From IMG/VR virus record IMGVR_UViG_3300026519_000004, positions 1 to 45,513 of that record: DNA of 45,513 nucleotides; one strand, 5' to 3'. This document shows, in pieces, positions 26,001-35,100 of this stretch. The notes under the pieces are model-generated. The model ran no database searches, had not been told where the DNA came from, and worked only from the letters and a program-made list of their open reading frames with translations. The position numbers and the translations under genes are program-made. Numbering within the stretch: the stretch's first letter is position 1; every line of letters starts with the position of its first letter. The stretch comes from a virus.

Positions 26001-26975
26001 ACCGGTGACCCGATGGCGAACGGAAAACTCGACTCGATCACGAACTCGATCGGCGGCGCGTTCGGGCGTGCGTGGTGCATGGACGACATTGGGATCATCT
26101 ACTTCTTTGGTTCGCGCGGCGGCCTGTACCGCATGGTGCCCGGGCGGTGGATGCCGGAACTCGTGAGCGACAACCGGTTGGATCGTCGTCTCGACTCGAT
26201 CGACCTCGACTTTTATACCGTCCGCATGGCGTGGAATGACAAGGACAAAACAGTCCACATGTTTGTCGTTCCGATCGACACAGTTGGGGCCTCGCCGTCC
26301 GGGCCGACAGCCTCTCCCCCGGCATCGCCCGGAGCGAGCCCCACTGCGTCACCTGTGGCCAGCCCGACGCCGGCTAGCCCATCTGGAGGGCCGGTGAATC
26401 CCGGTGGCGACTTTGGGGGCGCGTTCGATCCAGACCTCCATATCGCAGCAAGCACGACCGCTGCCGACCCATTGACTCACTGGGTGTGGGAAAGGCCGAC
26501 GGACGGGCTCTTTGAGGACAAGTTTGCACTCTCCTCGCTCGACCCGACGGCGATCCTCGTGGTCGATGGCGACGAGCCGGACGACCGGGTGCTGTTGATG
26601 GGTTGTGGCGATGGATACCTCCGGGCATGGGACCGGGACGCCACGAGCGACGATGGGAGCGCGATCGACGCATTTGTCGTCATCGGACCGCTGCAACCAC
26701 AGGAGGCGCACGCCCGGGTCCGGTGGAATGACTGGGAGATCACTCTTAGCCCCGGCCAGAACGGGGCCACGGTCGAACTGTTTGCTTCTGAAAACGCCGA
26801 GAATGAGGGCCCGGTCTTCAAGACCTTCACGGTTGCCGCCGGGCGGAACTCGGGGCTCAAGCATAGAGTAAAGGCCTCATATGTGTGGCTCAAGATCGGG
26901 AACAGCACTGTGAACGAGCGGTTTGCGATCGAGGAGATTGCGGCTCAGTGGCAGTTGGCCGGGAGGGCAAGATGA
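23004..26975 (+). CDS. Large virion structural protein, tail tubular B/nozzle-like, with repeat (propeller-like) and lectin-like regions and a PAST-rich linker
   Basis: 1323 aa from ATG 23004, with GGAAGGGGG upstream. The N-terminus 'FKGLAETFALDRQVPNTSMALRNVRG' resembles the starts of podovirus nozzle proteins. Recurrent '...DVFA...' blade-like segments. The track ORF starting at 22776 would overlap the previous gene by 248 nt. Confidence 0.45.
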   Translation: MLPKPVDIPFPFKGLAETFALDRQVPNTSMALRNVRGRDPKTTRIRGAQRSGITQYVNEQVFPDFAQELVQVTIDTNLTTYTVRDTSSGPSVEWKKTVNGKDAVADIAVTRGGDVFAATPPDKLSKYTSEGSWLFTEQVPTSSEDEYISAVVVDTLDNVFVAVRTGGATRYGGRVIRYEQSDDGLVETWNLDMNDAQPVDLALQGDRLVVLTRKSGGGEIVVYNSLGASSPNVLWDRSVPSKGVGVDLNDDGDVFAVFDSDDTRDDVTPGDCNNPSIAWNPNDLPTSTLWSWYDAQQMTGITDREILDVIPDWSGNQRDLYAAPAGYAPVIEFPGSWGVRFAKNSFCIYDGFRFEAERRDGKVSGVASGFGTNSAFPIHTNEPFAVVMLIKSPGSGEGEAKFFETGGKPYTTMWQSQNGRGLSLGFSDPGPSDTDSTDPNQTRQGNILNAGNGRLRAPDVCVVSFGYSPTSHDDGVAGYSFLRVNGETIDAFTVDDVRVDTGVQFGYSVYAGEATNWGHFKGDLIEMVVISGAYDLPTLASPFGAAGPDAEPSPITPPRYIWPANGASPNGNPAEYTDGTEYITKLEGYLAHRYGQQDKLATGHAYRAAPPGHGASGASPNSTDDTSEARKLDSTSEILAKFGSGSGSLRWARVGNGYGYGVRVRDEWVYTIGRGFLVASPDNSITLRRIKDEGFTADDSGAGTYELAEQQPKLSNDSKDDILPIRLDVDSDHNLYVPVKSGAPGGDDFSIRKITSAGTTEWEFKCPITGASPNVSYMWGRVCSLDTISDIPERESIGEPEFVYLGIDHDTPGNEEPTLFKLRLVDASVRLGAPREKRIIGLGGGVFKKIVRGAATEVTAITNNGATPSAIARVARGAVLNENAFFVDGRDQWYYDPDTDTMEAWSATSGGTLPKRPRLIEAWRGRLVLARTEGKGGNIYMSKVGDPFDWDLYPPVISAVQAVSLEVASAGQVPDIVNGLIPYNDDLLIILCDHSIYRLTGDPMANGKLDSITNSIGGAFGRAWCMDDIGIIYFFGSRGGLYRMVPGRWMPELVSDNRLDRRLDSIDLDFYTVRMAWNDKDKTVHMFVVPIDTVGASPSGPTASPPASPGASPTASPVASPTPASPSGGPVNPGGDFGGAFDPDLHIAASTTAADPLTHWVWERPTDGLFEDKFALSSLDPTAILVVDGDEPDDRVLLMGCGDGYLRAWDRDATSDDGSAIDAFVVIGPLQPQEAHARVRWNDWEITLSPGQNGATVELFASENAENEGPVFKTFTVAAGRNSGLKHRVKASYVWLKIGNSTVNERFAIEEIAAQWQLAGRAR

Positions 26976-27211
26976 CCAGAACACCGGGACCAGAGCCGTA
27001 TGGCCGGCTGGCACCGAGTCTCGGGCCGAACGACCCGAGGAACCGCCGAAACGCTCAGGCGAACCTGAGCCCGGACCTCGTGTATGCCAAGCCCTTGGAG
27101 ATCAGCGGCAAACAACGGGTCTCGATATCGCTGGGTGATCACCTCAAACTCGATGGGAGCGGTAAACTCACAGTGGATGTTTCATCACTCAAAACGGCCC
27201 TTGGGCTATAG
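26972..27211 (+). CDS. Hypothetical small virion-module protein (79 aa)
   Basis: ATGA overlap with GGGAGGG upstream. 'LKLDGSGKLTVDVSSL' is a fibre-like motif. Confidence 0.45.
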   Translation: MTRTPGPEPYGRLAPSLGPNDPRNRRNAQANLSPDLVYAKPLEISGKQRVSISLGDHLKLDGSGKLTVDVSSLKTALGL

Positions 27212-27219
27212 GAGATATC

Positions 27220-27972
27220 ATGGCGGCTTTTCCTTGGGGTGCAGCACTTATGGCCGGTGGCAATATCCTCGGCGGCCTGCTCGGGGATGACGGCCAAGAC
27301 GCCGCGAACCGCGCTAACCAACTCCGGCTCCAACAGGCTATGGGGTTTCTCCGGTCGGCCTCGATGCGGCAACGCATCTTGTTCAGCCGGTCTGAGGATA
27401 TTCTCAAGGCCCGGTCCCGCCTTGTGTTGAGCGACATTGATCGTGCTGAGAACGAGGCTCGGACTGGAACAAAATACGCCGAGCAGGCGGTCCAAGATCA
27501 GGCGACCGCCGCTGAGGGTTCTATTGTTCAAGGCGCTGTCGGAAGGGGACTTGGGTCGTCGTCGGTGACCAGCAACCTCCAACGGGCCCTTGCCTCGGAC
27601 ACAGGCCGCGCGATCGGAGCGATACGCGAACAACAGGGCGCACGGCTCACGGCTCTTGCTCTCCAGCGGGCACAAGTCCGTGGCGGCCTCATGGGGGATC
27701 AGGCGTCGCTCCAAGAGCGCCGTGCTGGTGCCGAAGTGGATATGAACCAGCGGTTTGTCGATCTGCTTTCGAGCGTCCAAGATATTTACACGCCAAATAA
27801 CATGGCTGGGAATTTTGGGATGCTCGGTGGGCTGCTTGGCAACTCGATCGAGGGTGCGGGTGGGCTTGGTGGGTTTTTAGGCGGAATCTTTGGGGGTGGG
27901 AGGGGTGGGGGAGGCGGCTTTGGCCTTGGAGATTATGTAGCACCATTTACAGGCGGTAGCGTATTCGCATAG
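27220..27972 (+). CDS. Internal virion/ejection protein candidate with Gly-rich termini
   Basis: 250 aa with an AGGAG RBS. The N-terminus is hydrophobic and Gly-rich. The C-terminus is 'GGLGGFLGGIFGGGRGGGGGFGLG'. The centre is helical. Confidence 0.35.
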   Translation: MAAFPWGAALMAGGNILGGLLGDDGQDAANRANQLRLQQAMGFLRSASMRQRILFSRSEDILKARSRLVLSDIDRAENEARTGTKYAEQAVQDQATAAEGSIVQGAVGRGLGSSSVTSNLQRALASDTGRAIGAIREQQGARLTALALQRAQVRGGLMGDQASLQERRAGAEVDMNQRFVDLLSSVQDIYTPNNMAGNFGMLGGLLGNSIEGAGGLGGFLGGIFGGGRGGGGGFGLGDYVAPFTGGSVFA

Positions 27973-27981
27973 GAGTAGACC

Positions 27982-29109
27982 ATGGCCTTCGTAATTGATC
28001 GTACCGACAGGGGTGGAGTACTTGGCCGCGCCGCCGAGGGCGCTGCGCAGTCGATGGGTCCGACCTTGGCGATCGGCCAACAGATGAGAGAGGATCGCCG
28101 GCAGCGCGGTGCGAACTCCGCGCTCGTCGGTCTCGGCAAGCAGTTGTTTGGAGATCAGTTCAGCGGTGCGCTCGATCAGTTTGACGCAGCCCAAAGCCCG
28201 GACATGACGCTCCAAGCGTTGCAGATGATGGAGGGCGAGTTCGAGACTCAAAAGAGAATCGCATCTGTTGAGTCGCTTATTCAACTCTCAATACAAGAGG
28301 GGATCATCGACGAGGCGGACTCCGAGCCGCTTCTTGCCATGACCAAGTGGATGCCGGATGATGTCCACAAGTCCCTCATGTCACTGTGGGTTCAGTCGAA
28401 CTCTATCGCACTTGAGGCTCAGCGATACAGAAAACAAGCCGCTCGTCTGCGAGAGTTGTATGTGACTGAGGATGGAGACCCAGAGTTGGCGGCGTATGCC
28501 CACACACTCGCGGCCTCGGTTGAGTCTGGATACAAGGACATTGGGTGGGCGCGAGACAGAATCTCCCGGCTGGAAGCGATTTTGAGTACCGAGGAAGGTA
28601 GAAGGCTTTGGGCGGGCATAAGAGACCTTGATGATGTTGAGCGGGCGCTGACAACATTGGCCACCAAAAACATTGGTCTTGGGTCCGACCCATTCGGGAG
28701 GGTATCTGGCACAACCACAGGTCCACAGGTGAACGCCCAGACACCAAGCAAGTATCTCGGCGGCGGCATGACCATGCCCGGCGGAATCGAGATCAAGTAT
28801 GTAACTGAACTTGGCGCGCAGGCCGCAGAGGCTTCGAGGGTTGGCGTCGAGCAGGCGTTCGGCACGATGGGCCAGTTCAATCAGGGTGATGTCACGAAGT
28901 GGTGGAAGCAACTCGACTCAACTGTTCGGGGGTCGAAGGGGGATTTAGCCCTCATATACAAGCGGATTGAGAACCAAGTTGCCTCGCTCCCGGTGATGTC
29001 ACAACTTGCAAGCATGAACAAGGGCCGCGCGGACAAGGAAATCCGGGCGCTGAGCCAGAACATTATGAAGATGTATGCGGAGCATATTCGTGCCACAGCC
29101 GGCAAGTGA
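27982..29109 (+). CDS. Internal virion protein candidate (375 aa, helical)
   Basis: AGGAG RBS. Sits between the Gly-rich protein and the giant protein. No family recognised. Confidence 0.35.
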   Translation: MAFVIDRTDRGGVLGRAAEGAAQSMGPTLAIGQQMREDRRQRGANSALVGLGKQLFGDQFSGALDQFDAAQSPDMTLQALQMMEGEFETQKRIASVESLIQLSIQEGIIDEADSEPLLAMTKWMPDDVHKSLMSLWVQSNSIALEAQRYRKQAARLRELYVTEDGDPELAAYAHTLAASVESGYKDIGWARDRISRLEAILSTEEGRRLWAGIRDLDDVERALTTLATKNIGLGSDPFGRVSGTTTGPQVNAQTPSKYLGGGMTMPGGIEIKYVTELGAQAAEASRVGVEQAFGTMGQFNQGDVTKWWKQLDSTVRGSKGDLALIYKRIENQVASLPVMSQLASMNKGRADKEIRALSQNIMKMYAEHIRATAGK

Positions 29110-32100
29110 TATACCTGACTTCTCGTCCTTCTTGAGCCCAGAGGACTTGGCCGCCTTTGAGTCGGTGATCCCTGCCGGTGGCCAGCCTTCGCCGTTCGAT
29201 GGGGTGAGGGTTGAGCGGCACCCGGACATCGACAAGCGGGCCAAGATTACACCAAAAGGCAATGACCGGCTGAGCCGGACGCTCCGCGCCGGCCTCTTAG
29301 CCGCCAAGTTCGTGCGGGACGCGACAGAAGCAACGACCCCGGACCAGAGAGAAACCGGGCCGCTTCTTTCCGACCTCGGCAAAGCGCTCTACCGTGGATC
29401 ATCTCGTATTATGTCCAATACCACTGGTGCTGTCGCCGCCGGCGCGACACTGCTTGAGTCCGTTACTGGCGACACCGTTCTGACCGACGCGACACAGGCG
29501 TATGCGCAGATTCAGACCGACTTGTTAGAGTCTGCCATTCGGCCTAACAATGCACAAAGAACGGACGCCACGGGCATCCGTGGTATGGCTGAGGATTTCT
29601 CAGAGTCGCTCCCAAGCCTTGCTGCGCAGGTTGGTCTTGCAGCGGCTACCGGTGGCGCATCAGTCGGCCTGTCGGTTGGTGCTCGTGGAGCAACCGCACT
29701 CGGTGTGTTCGCCGGAACCGCCGCCGCCCCGAAGGTTGGGCAGGTATATCAGGATGCACTCGAAGAACATGGGCAACCAGACATGGCAGCGGTTGAGGGC
29801 CTTGAGAGTGGCCTGTGGACCTTTGCATCTGAGTACCTGCTTGGGGGGCTGATCCGGATACCCGGAGTCCGCCAGACGCTCGGTGAGTCCATCGAGGTTG
29901 TATCCAATAACTTTGTTGGCAAGGTTGCAAAAGGTGCGGTCGGCGAGGGCTTGCAGGAGGGCATCGAAACCATCGGCGACGAGGTGATTGCCGAGTTCAA
30001 CCGAAGGGGGGGAGGCGATCTCTTGCAGGATGCCGAGCAGGCGATGTCCCGGGCTACCGATAAGGACACGCTTGTTGCCGCCGCGTACGGCGCTGCGATC
30101 GGAATGGCTGGCGGCGGCCTGGTCAGTGGCGTCGGGGCCTCGATAGACCTGCGCATCCAAAGCCGCGTCCGCCGCATGGCCCGGGACGCCCGAGATAATG
30201 CAGACGGATTGCTGGAGTTGTACAAAAAAGAGACGGGGCAAGAGTACCCGAGGGCCGACGAGTACCGAGAGGTCACAAAGGCGTGGGCCAATGACCCGCT
30301 CGACCAGCGGTACACGGCGGCAGCCGACAAACTCTATGGCGACATGCTCAAGCGTGTTCGGGCGGCCCGGGACGGCACTGCCGAAGATAGTGCCGAGCCG
30401 AAGCCTGCGCGGCCTGATGCCAAAGATACTCGGACCGATGAGCAGAAGTACGGTCCTAATGCGGTGAGCGCTGAGGAGGCTGCGCAGGAGGCTGTTGAAC
30501 CCAAGCGCAAGCCGGTCATCAAATCGGTCTCCAAGACGCGGGGTAAAGAGATGTCCCGCGAGGAAGATGCGATCGTCGCCTCTCTCGGTCGGCCAGACAG
30601 CGAGTTTGAGACAGCACGGGTCCACTTCCCGGCCGTCGATGAACTTCGTCCGGACCAGCAGGAGATCGTTAAGGATGCCCGCAGTCGTGGAACGAACATC
30701 GTGTTCGGCGTCCCGATCGGGGTCGATGGAAAGAATAATGAAATCCCGGGCCTGTTGTCGCGTGTGCCCGGGCAGTATGACCCGGTCATCTTCCTCAACG
30801 CTGAACTCGATCCGGGCAAGACGACCCAGTCGTACCAGTTTCACGAGGAACTCCATGACCTTGACGAGCGGTTCAGAACCGAGGCCGACAAGAACTCAAA
30901 AGAGTGGAACTCGCTCGTGGAGGCGCTTGAAGACTTCGCGCCGGCTGTCATGGAGACCGCCCGGACTGAGGCCCGAGAACGGTATGAGGGGTTCAGTAAC
31001 CAACAGATCAGGGCCGAGGTGCCATCCGTCGCCGCCGAGATCGTCATCAGCGCGATGGGGCCACTGGATGTCAAAGTGCTTCACCAGGCACTCGCGGACC
31101 ACAATAACCGTGGTCTCGGTACGCGGCTCGTCGAGGCGATCAAAAGGCTGGCCAAAAAACTTGGGATCAAGGTCAGACTGCCTGACCGGTACGCCGGAAC
31201 CTTCGAGCACTCGAAGCAGATCGTCGAGGCGGCTAACCTCATTTATACCGCGATCCACGGCAAGAGGCCGACCGCGAGACAGGCGGCCCAAAAGGCCGCA
31301 AGGTCGGACTCGAACCCGACCGAACAGCCGGCCAAGTCCGCGAGAAGCATCTCACCAGAGAGCCCGGGGCCGGACGATGTTAAGTTCGCACGGCGCGGCG
31401 ACCGGCCTGTTGACGGGACAGGGAAAAAGACACTGACTGCTAATGCAACCCCGAAAAACAAACCTGCCTCCCGGGAGCGGCAGATCATCAACAACGCGGC
31501 GCTCGTAGCCGGCGTCCCGGAAAGGGCGATCAAACTCGCCGAGAGCCTTGATCGGCGTACCACATCAACGACGGTCTATCCAACATTTACTCCGATTGGT
31601 GCATCAAGCCCGCTGTTGCGGCCAGGCCACGGAGCGGTGTTTATACCGACTGATAGTGATGTCAAATGGGCAAGGCTTCCGACGCTGTATTCCAAAGCCC
31701 ACCGCACGATCCTCGACTCAAACATGAAAAAGGCCCCGGGGTCGCAGTGGAAGGCATGGCTGCGCAAACAGCCGGGCATCAAGTCCGTGGAACTTGAGTG
31801 GCTCAATATCGACTCGAAGACCGCGTACAACCGAGTGGATGACAAACAGGTATATACGCGCGAGGAGATGCTTGAGATCATCGAGAGTTCAATCCCCTCG
31901 GTCTATGTTATTATTCAGGCAGACAAGCCGCCGCCGTCCGTGAAGTACCAAGCAAGTTATGACGAAATCAAGTACGACCCGGACAAAGACTATAACCAAG
32001 ACCCAGATGACGAGTTGTCCATGGACGAGAGCGATTACACGCTCCATGATATTGATGACTCGATGGTCTACGACAACGCCCGTGACGACATACAGCATGG

Positions 32101-35100
32101 TGGCGATGTTATTGATCGTGTTGACTACCTCTCCGAATATGATGAACTTGTTGAAGAAAAGACCCAAGAGTTGTTCGACAGGTTCATGGAGACCTATGAC
32201 GGCCCGCCGACCTTGTTTGATCCCAACGCAACTGAGATCACGGTAGAGGATTGGGCCGATAAAAACGATAGTGAGATCGAGGACGCTGTCCGCGCGGAGA
32301 TCGAGAGTCAACTTCAGGACGAGACCGGGCCGTTTTGGGATTTTTTCTACGAATCTGCGTTAGAGTCGGCAGAGGAGTATCGCGGGAAGACATGGGAATC
32401 TCCGCATTACAACGCCCGGATCGAGATACCGTACGGCGAGGACTTTGGGCCGGATTACGACGCTTATTATGATGGCCGGCACCTAGGACAATACGGCGAC
32501 TGGTATGATGCTTATGTCGCGGTCCGGGAAGAGTTTGTAAACGAAGAAAATATCGTCCTTGGCGAAGACCCACAAAATGTCCACGATTTTTGGGAGCCTG
32601 AGAAGTACGCCGAAAATATTTTAATTGGTGGACGAAAGGCATTGAAGTGGGAGTCTAATGATGATGAAGATATTTATATCTATCATATCATCGACGACCC
32701 GGACGACCCTCTTGATGTCACTGAGCCTCACCAGTATATTGCCTTCTATAAGGGGTACTCACTGGACAATGGTAACTCGTTTGACACATGGGAGGAGGCA
32801 AGAAACGAGATTTATACCACTTGGCTTCGTGAGAGGGCTGGGAAAGTCTATGGCACCGAAACAGATATAGCGCTTCCTGCTTCGGATGATGGCGAGACAA
32901 AAGAACTTGCTAAAGAGAGGATAAAGCCCGGGCTGTTCTATGATATTGCGGAGAAAGGTACAAGTTTCGGCTCAGTGTCCTACCGGCTTGCCGGCACACA
33001 ACACTCGTACACAGAACACCTCCTCAAACTCGTACCGCCCGGTGGCGAAGTCTTATACACCAAAGGCCATTGGTCTGGGAACAACATCTTTGCGCATGTT
33101 CGCACGACGGTCAGGCCTATCGGTGGTGTCCAAACGCTCCATGGTGATGAGTTCCAAAGTGATTGGTTTGTGGATGGTCGCAGGCTTGGTGTTGTCCCGA
33201 GGGGGTTGACAGAGTCAGACATACGGGACATGGTGGTTTCTGCAAACAAGAAGAACGATGAAATGAAAGATGCTCTCACTGATGTTCGCAAAGAGATATC
33301 TTCATCTATTCGATTATTGTTGAAAAGGATTTCAGGTGGCGGCCTTTCCGAGAAGATAAAGCGTGCGGTTGAAAGCGACTTTACTGCCGATAACGGATTT
33401 TATTCAGTAAATCCATATCAAGATATAACCGAACTTGCAGACCTTGTTTACAACCACGCCGACGAAACCTTTGCCGACAAGATAATCAACTTTGCTGTCA
33501 ATAGTATGGCATCCTCTGTAAAAGGTTTGCTCGGAATCGAAGATATGTTACGGATTCCCATGCAGTCCCCTGTCGAACTTGGTAGTGTAGATTCAAGTAT
33601 TTTGCCAACAAACCCTGATGTTATATCAAAGCACATATCATCTAGAAAAGAAGGTCCGTTCGACATCTACGGGGCTCACCACAGAGAGATGGATGGTCAA
33701 CACGGAGACACTATAACCAATGATATACTTCGCGCTGTTCCACTTGGACACAAACGAGAGTTCAGGCTTGGCAAGTCGAGCGCTACGATACTCGCAAACT
33801 ATGTTGTGAATACTGTTTACAATGAGTTTGTGAGTAACCCTGAAAATGTGGCGAGACATGTCGCTCGCGCTAACGAACTTCGCATAGAGAGTGATAGAAT
33901 CCGTAACAATGCCCAGCGAAACTCCATAAAAGATTTCCCGTTCAATGATTATGATTCGTGGGTTCCGATTGCACTCAAGTATCTGCTTGAGCGTGCGGCG
34001 TATACGGGCGCTGATTGGGTCACATGGAACACCGGTGCAACCCAGCGAGAGATCAATGATCGGGCCCTTGAGACCCATATGAAACAGGCCGTGTTCAAGC
34101 AAAAAGACCACCCCTATGCCAAGTTTGCGATTGAGGGTGATGTTGTTCTTGTCAACCTTGATGGTGCCAGCACCGTTGAAAAGAATGTTGTTATTTACGA
34201 CGAGGAGACTTTCAAGCGGGCTTTCCCGGACAAGAAAGCGCTCGATCTGGTTCGCAGGCTCAAGCCCGGCGAGACTGCAACATATGTTCCAGACAACCCA
34301 ATCCCGTTCTCGGCAAACTCGATGTATGAGACGGTGTACGACCGCGTGGCTGTCAAGGCGGCCAACAAGATGCTCAAGCCGGTCAAGGTGAAGGTTGAGA
34401 AGGTTGTGCTTGACAGTGCAATCGGGAAGCCAGAAGTATGGGGCATACGGCTGAATGATGATGTTCGAGAACTCCTCCAAGCCCCGAAGACCATGTGGGC
34501 GCGCAGGTCCGGTCCTAGGGACGGTGTTGTAGAGTTGTCAAGCAGCAAACTTGGTATCAACGCCCCACGAGTCTTGAAAAAGGTGGCAAAGTCGCTGGCG
34601 ACGGTCAATGGCCTGCCGATCCCGCTCTATCAGGGCGGCCCACACTCGTCATCCATGAACGGGAACATCATTATCACGGGCAACCGTATGATGCAAAATG
34701 GTGCTGGAATCTATCTTGCCGATGACCGCCGTGTAGCCCTTGCGTTCGCCGAGCAGAAACTCGGCGTCGTCCGCACATTCGCGCTCGATATCCGAAGGCC
34801 GCTTGACCTCCGAAACATGGACCCGGCGATAGAGCAACGAACACTCAACATCCTCCGTCTTGTCAATGACGACCTCATCACACGGGTCAGCCGGATGCTC
34901 AAGGCTCGTGGCCGTGTGTATGGCTCGCCAGTCACCAAAAACCTTCTTGACTCAACGCTCCGGTCTCTGCGAAGCATCCGGCTGTCATATGGCGAGCCGA
35001 TCAAGGGTGTGCCGGCGAGGGAACTCATTTCGTCGGAGTACGAGCGCAAAATCAGACTTGTCATGGAGGAACTTGAGGATTTTGATATCACGCTCCGCTA

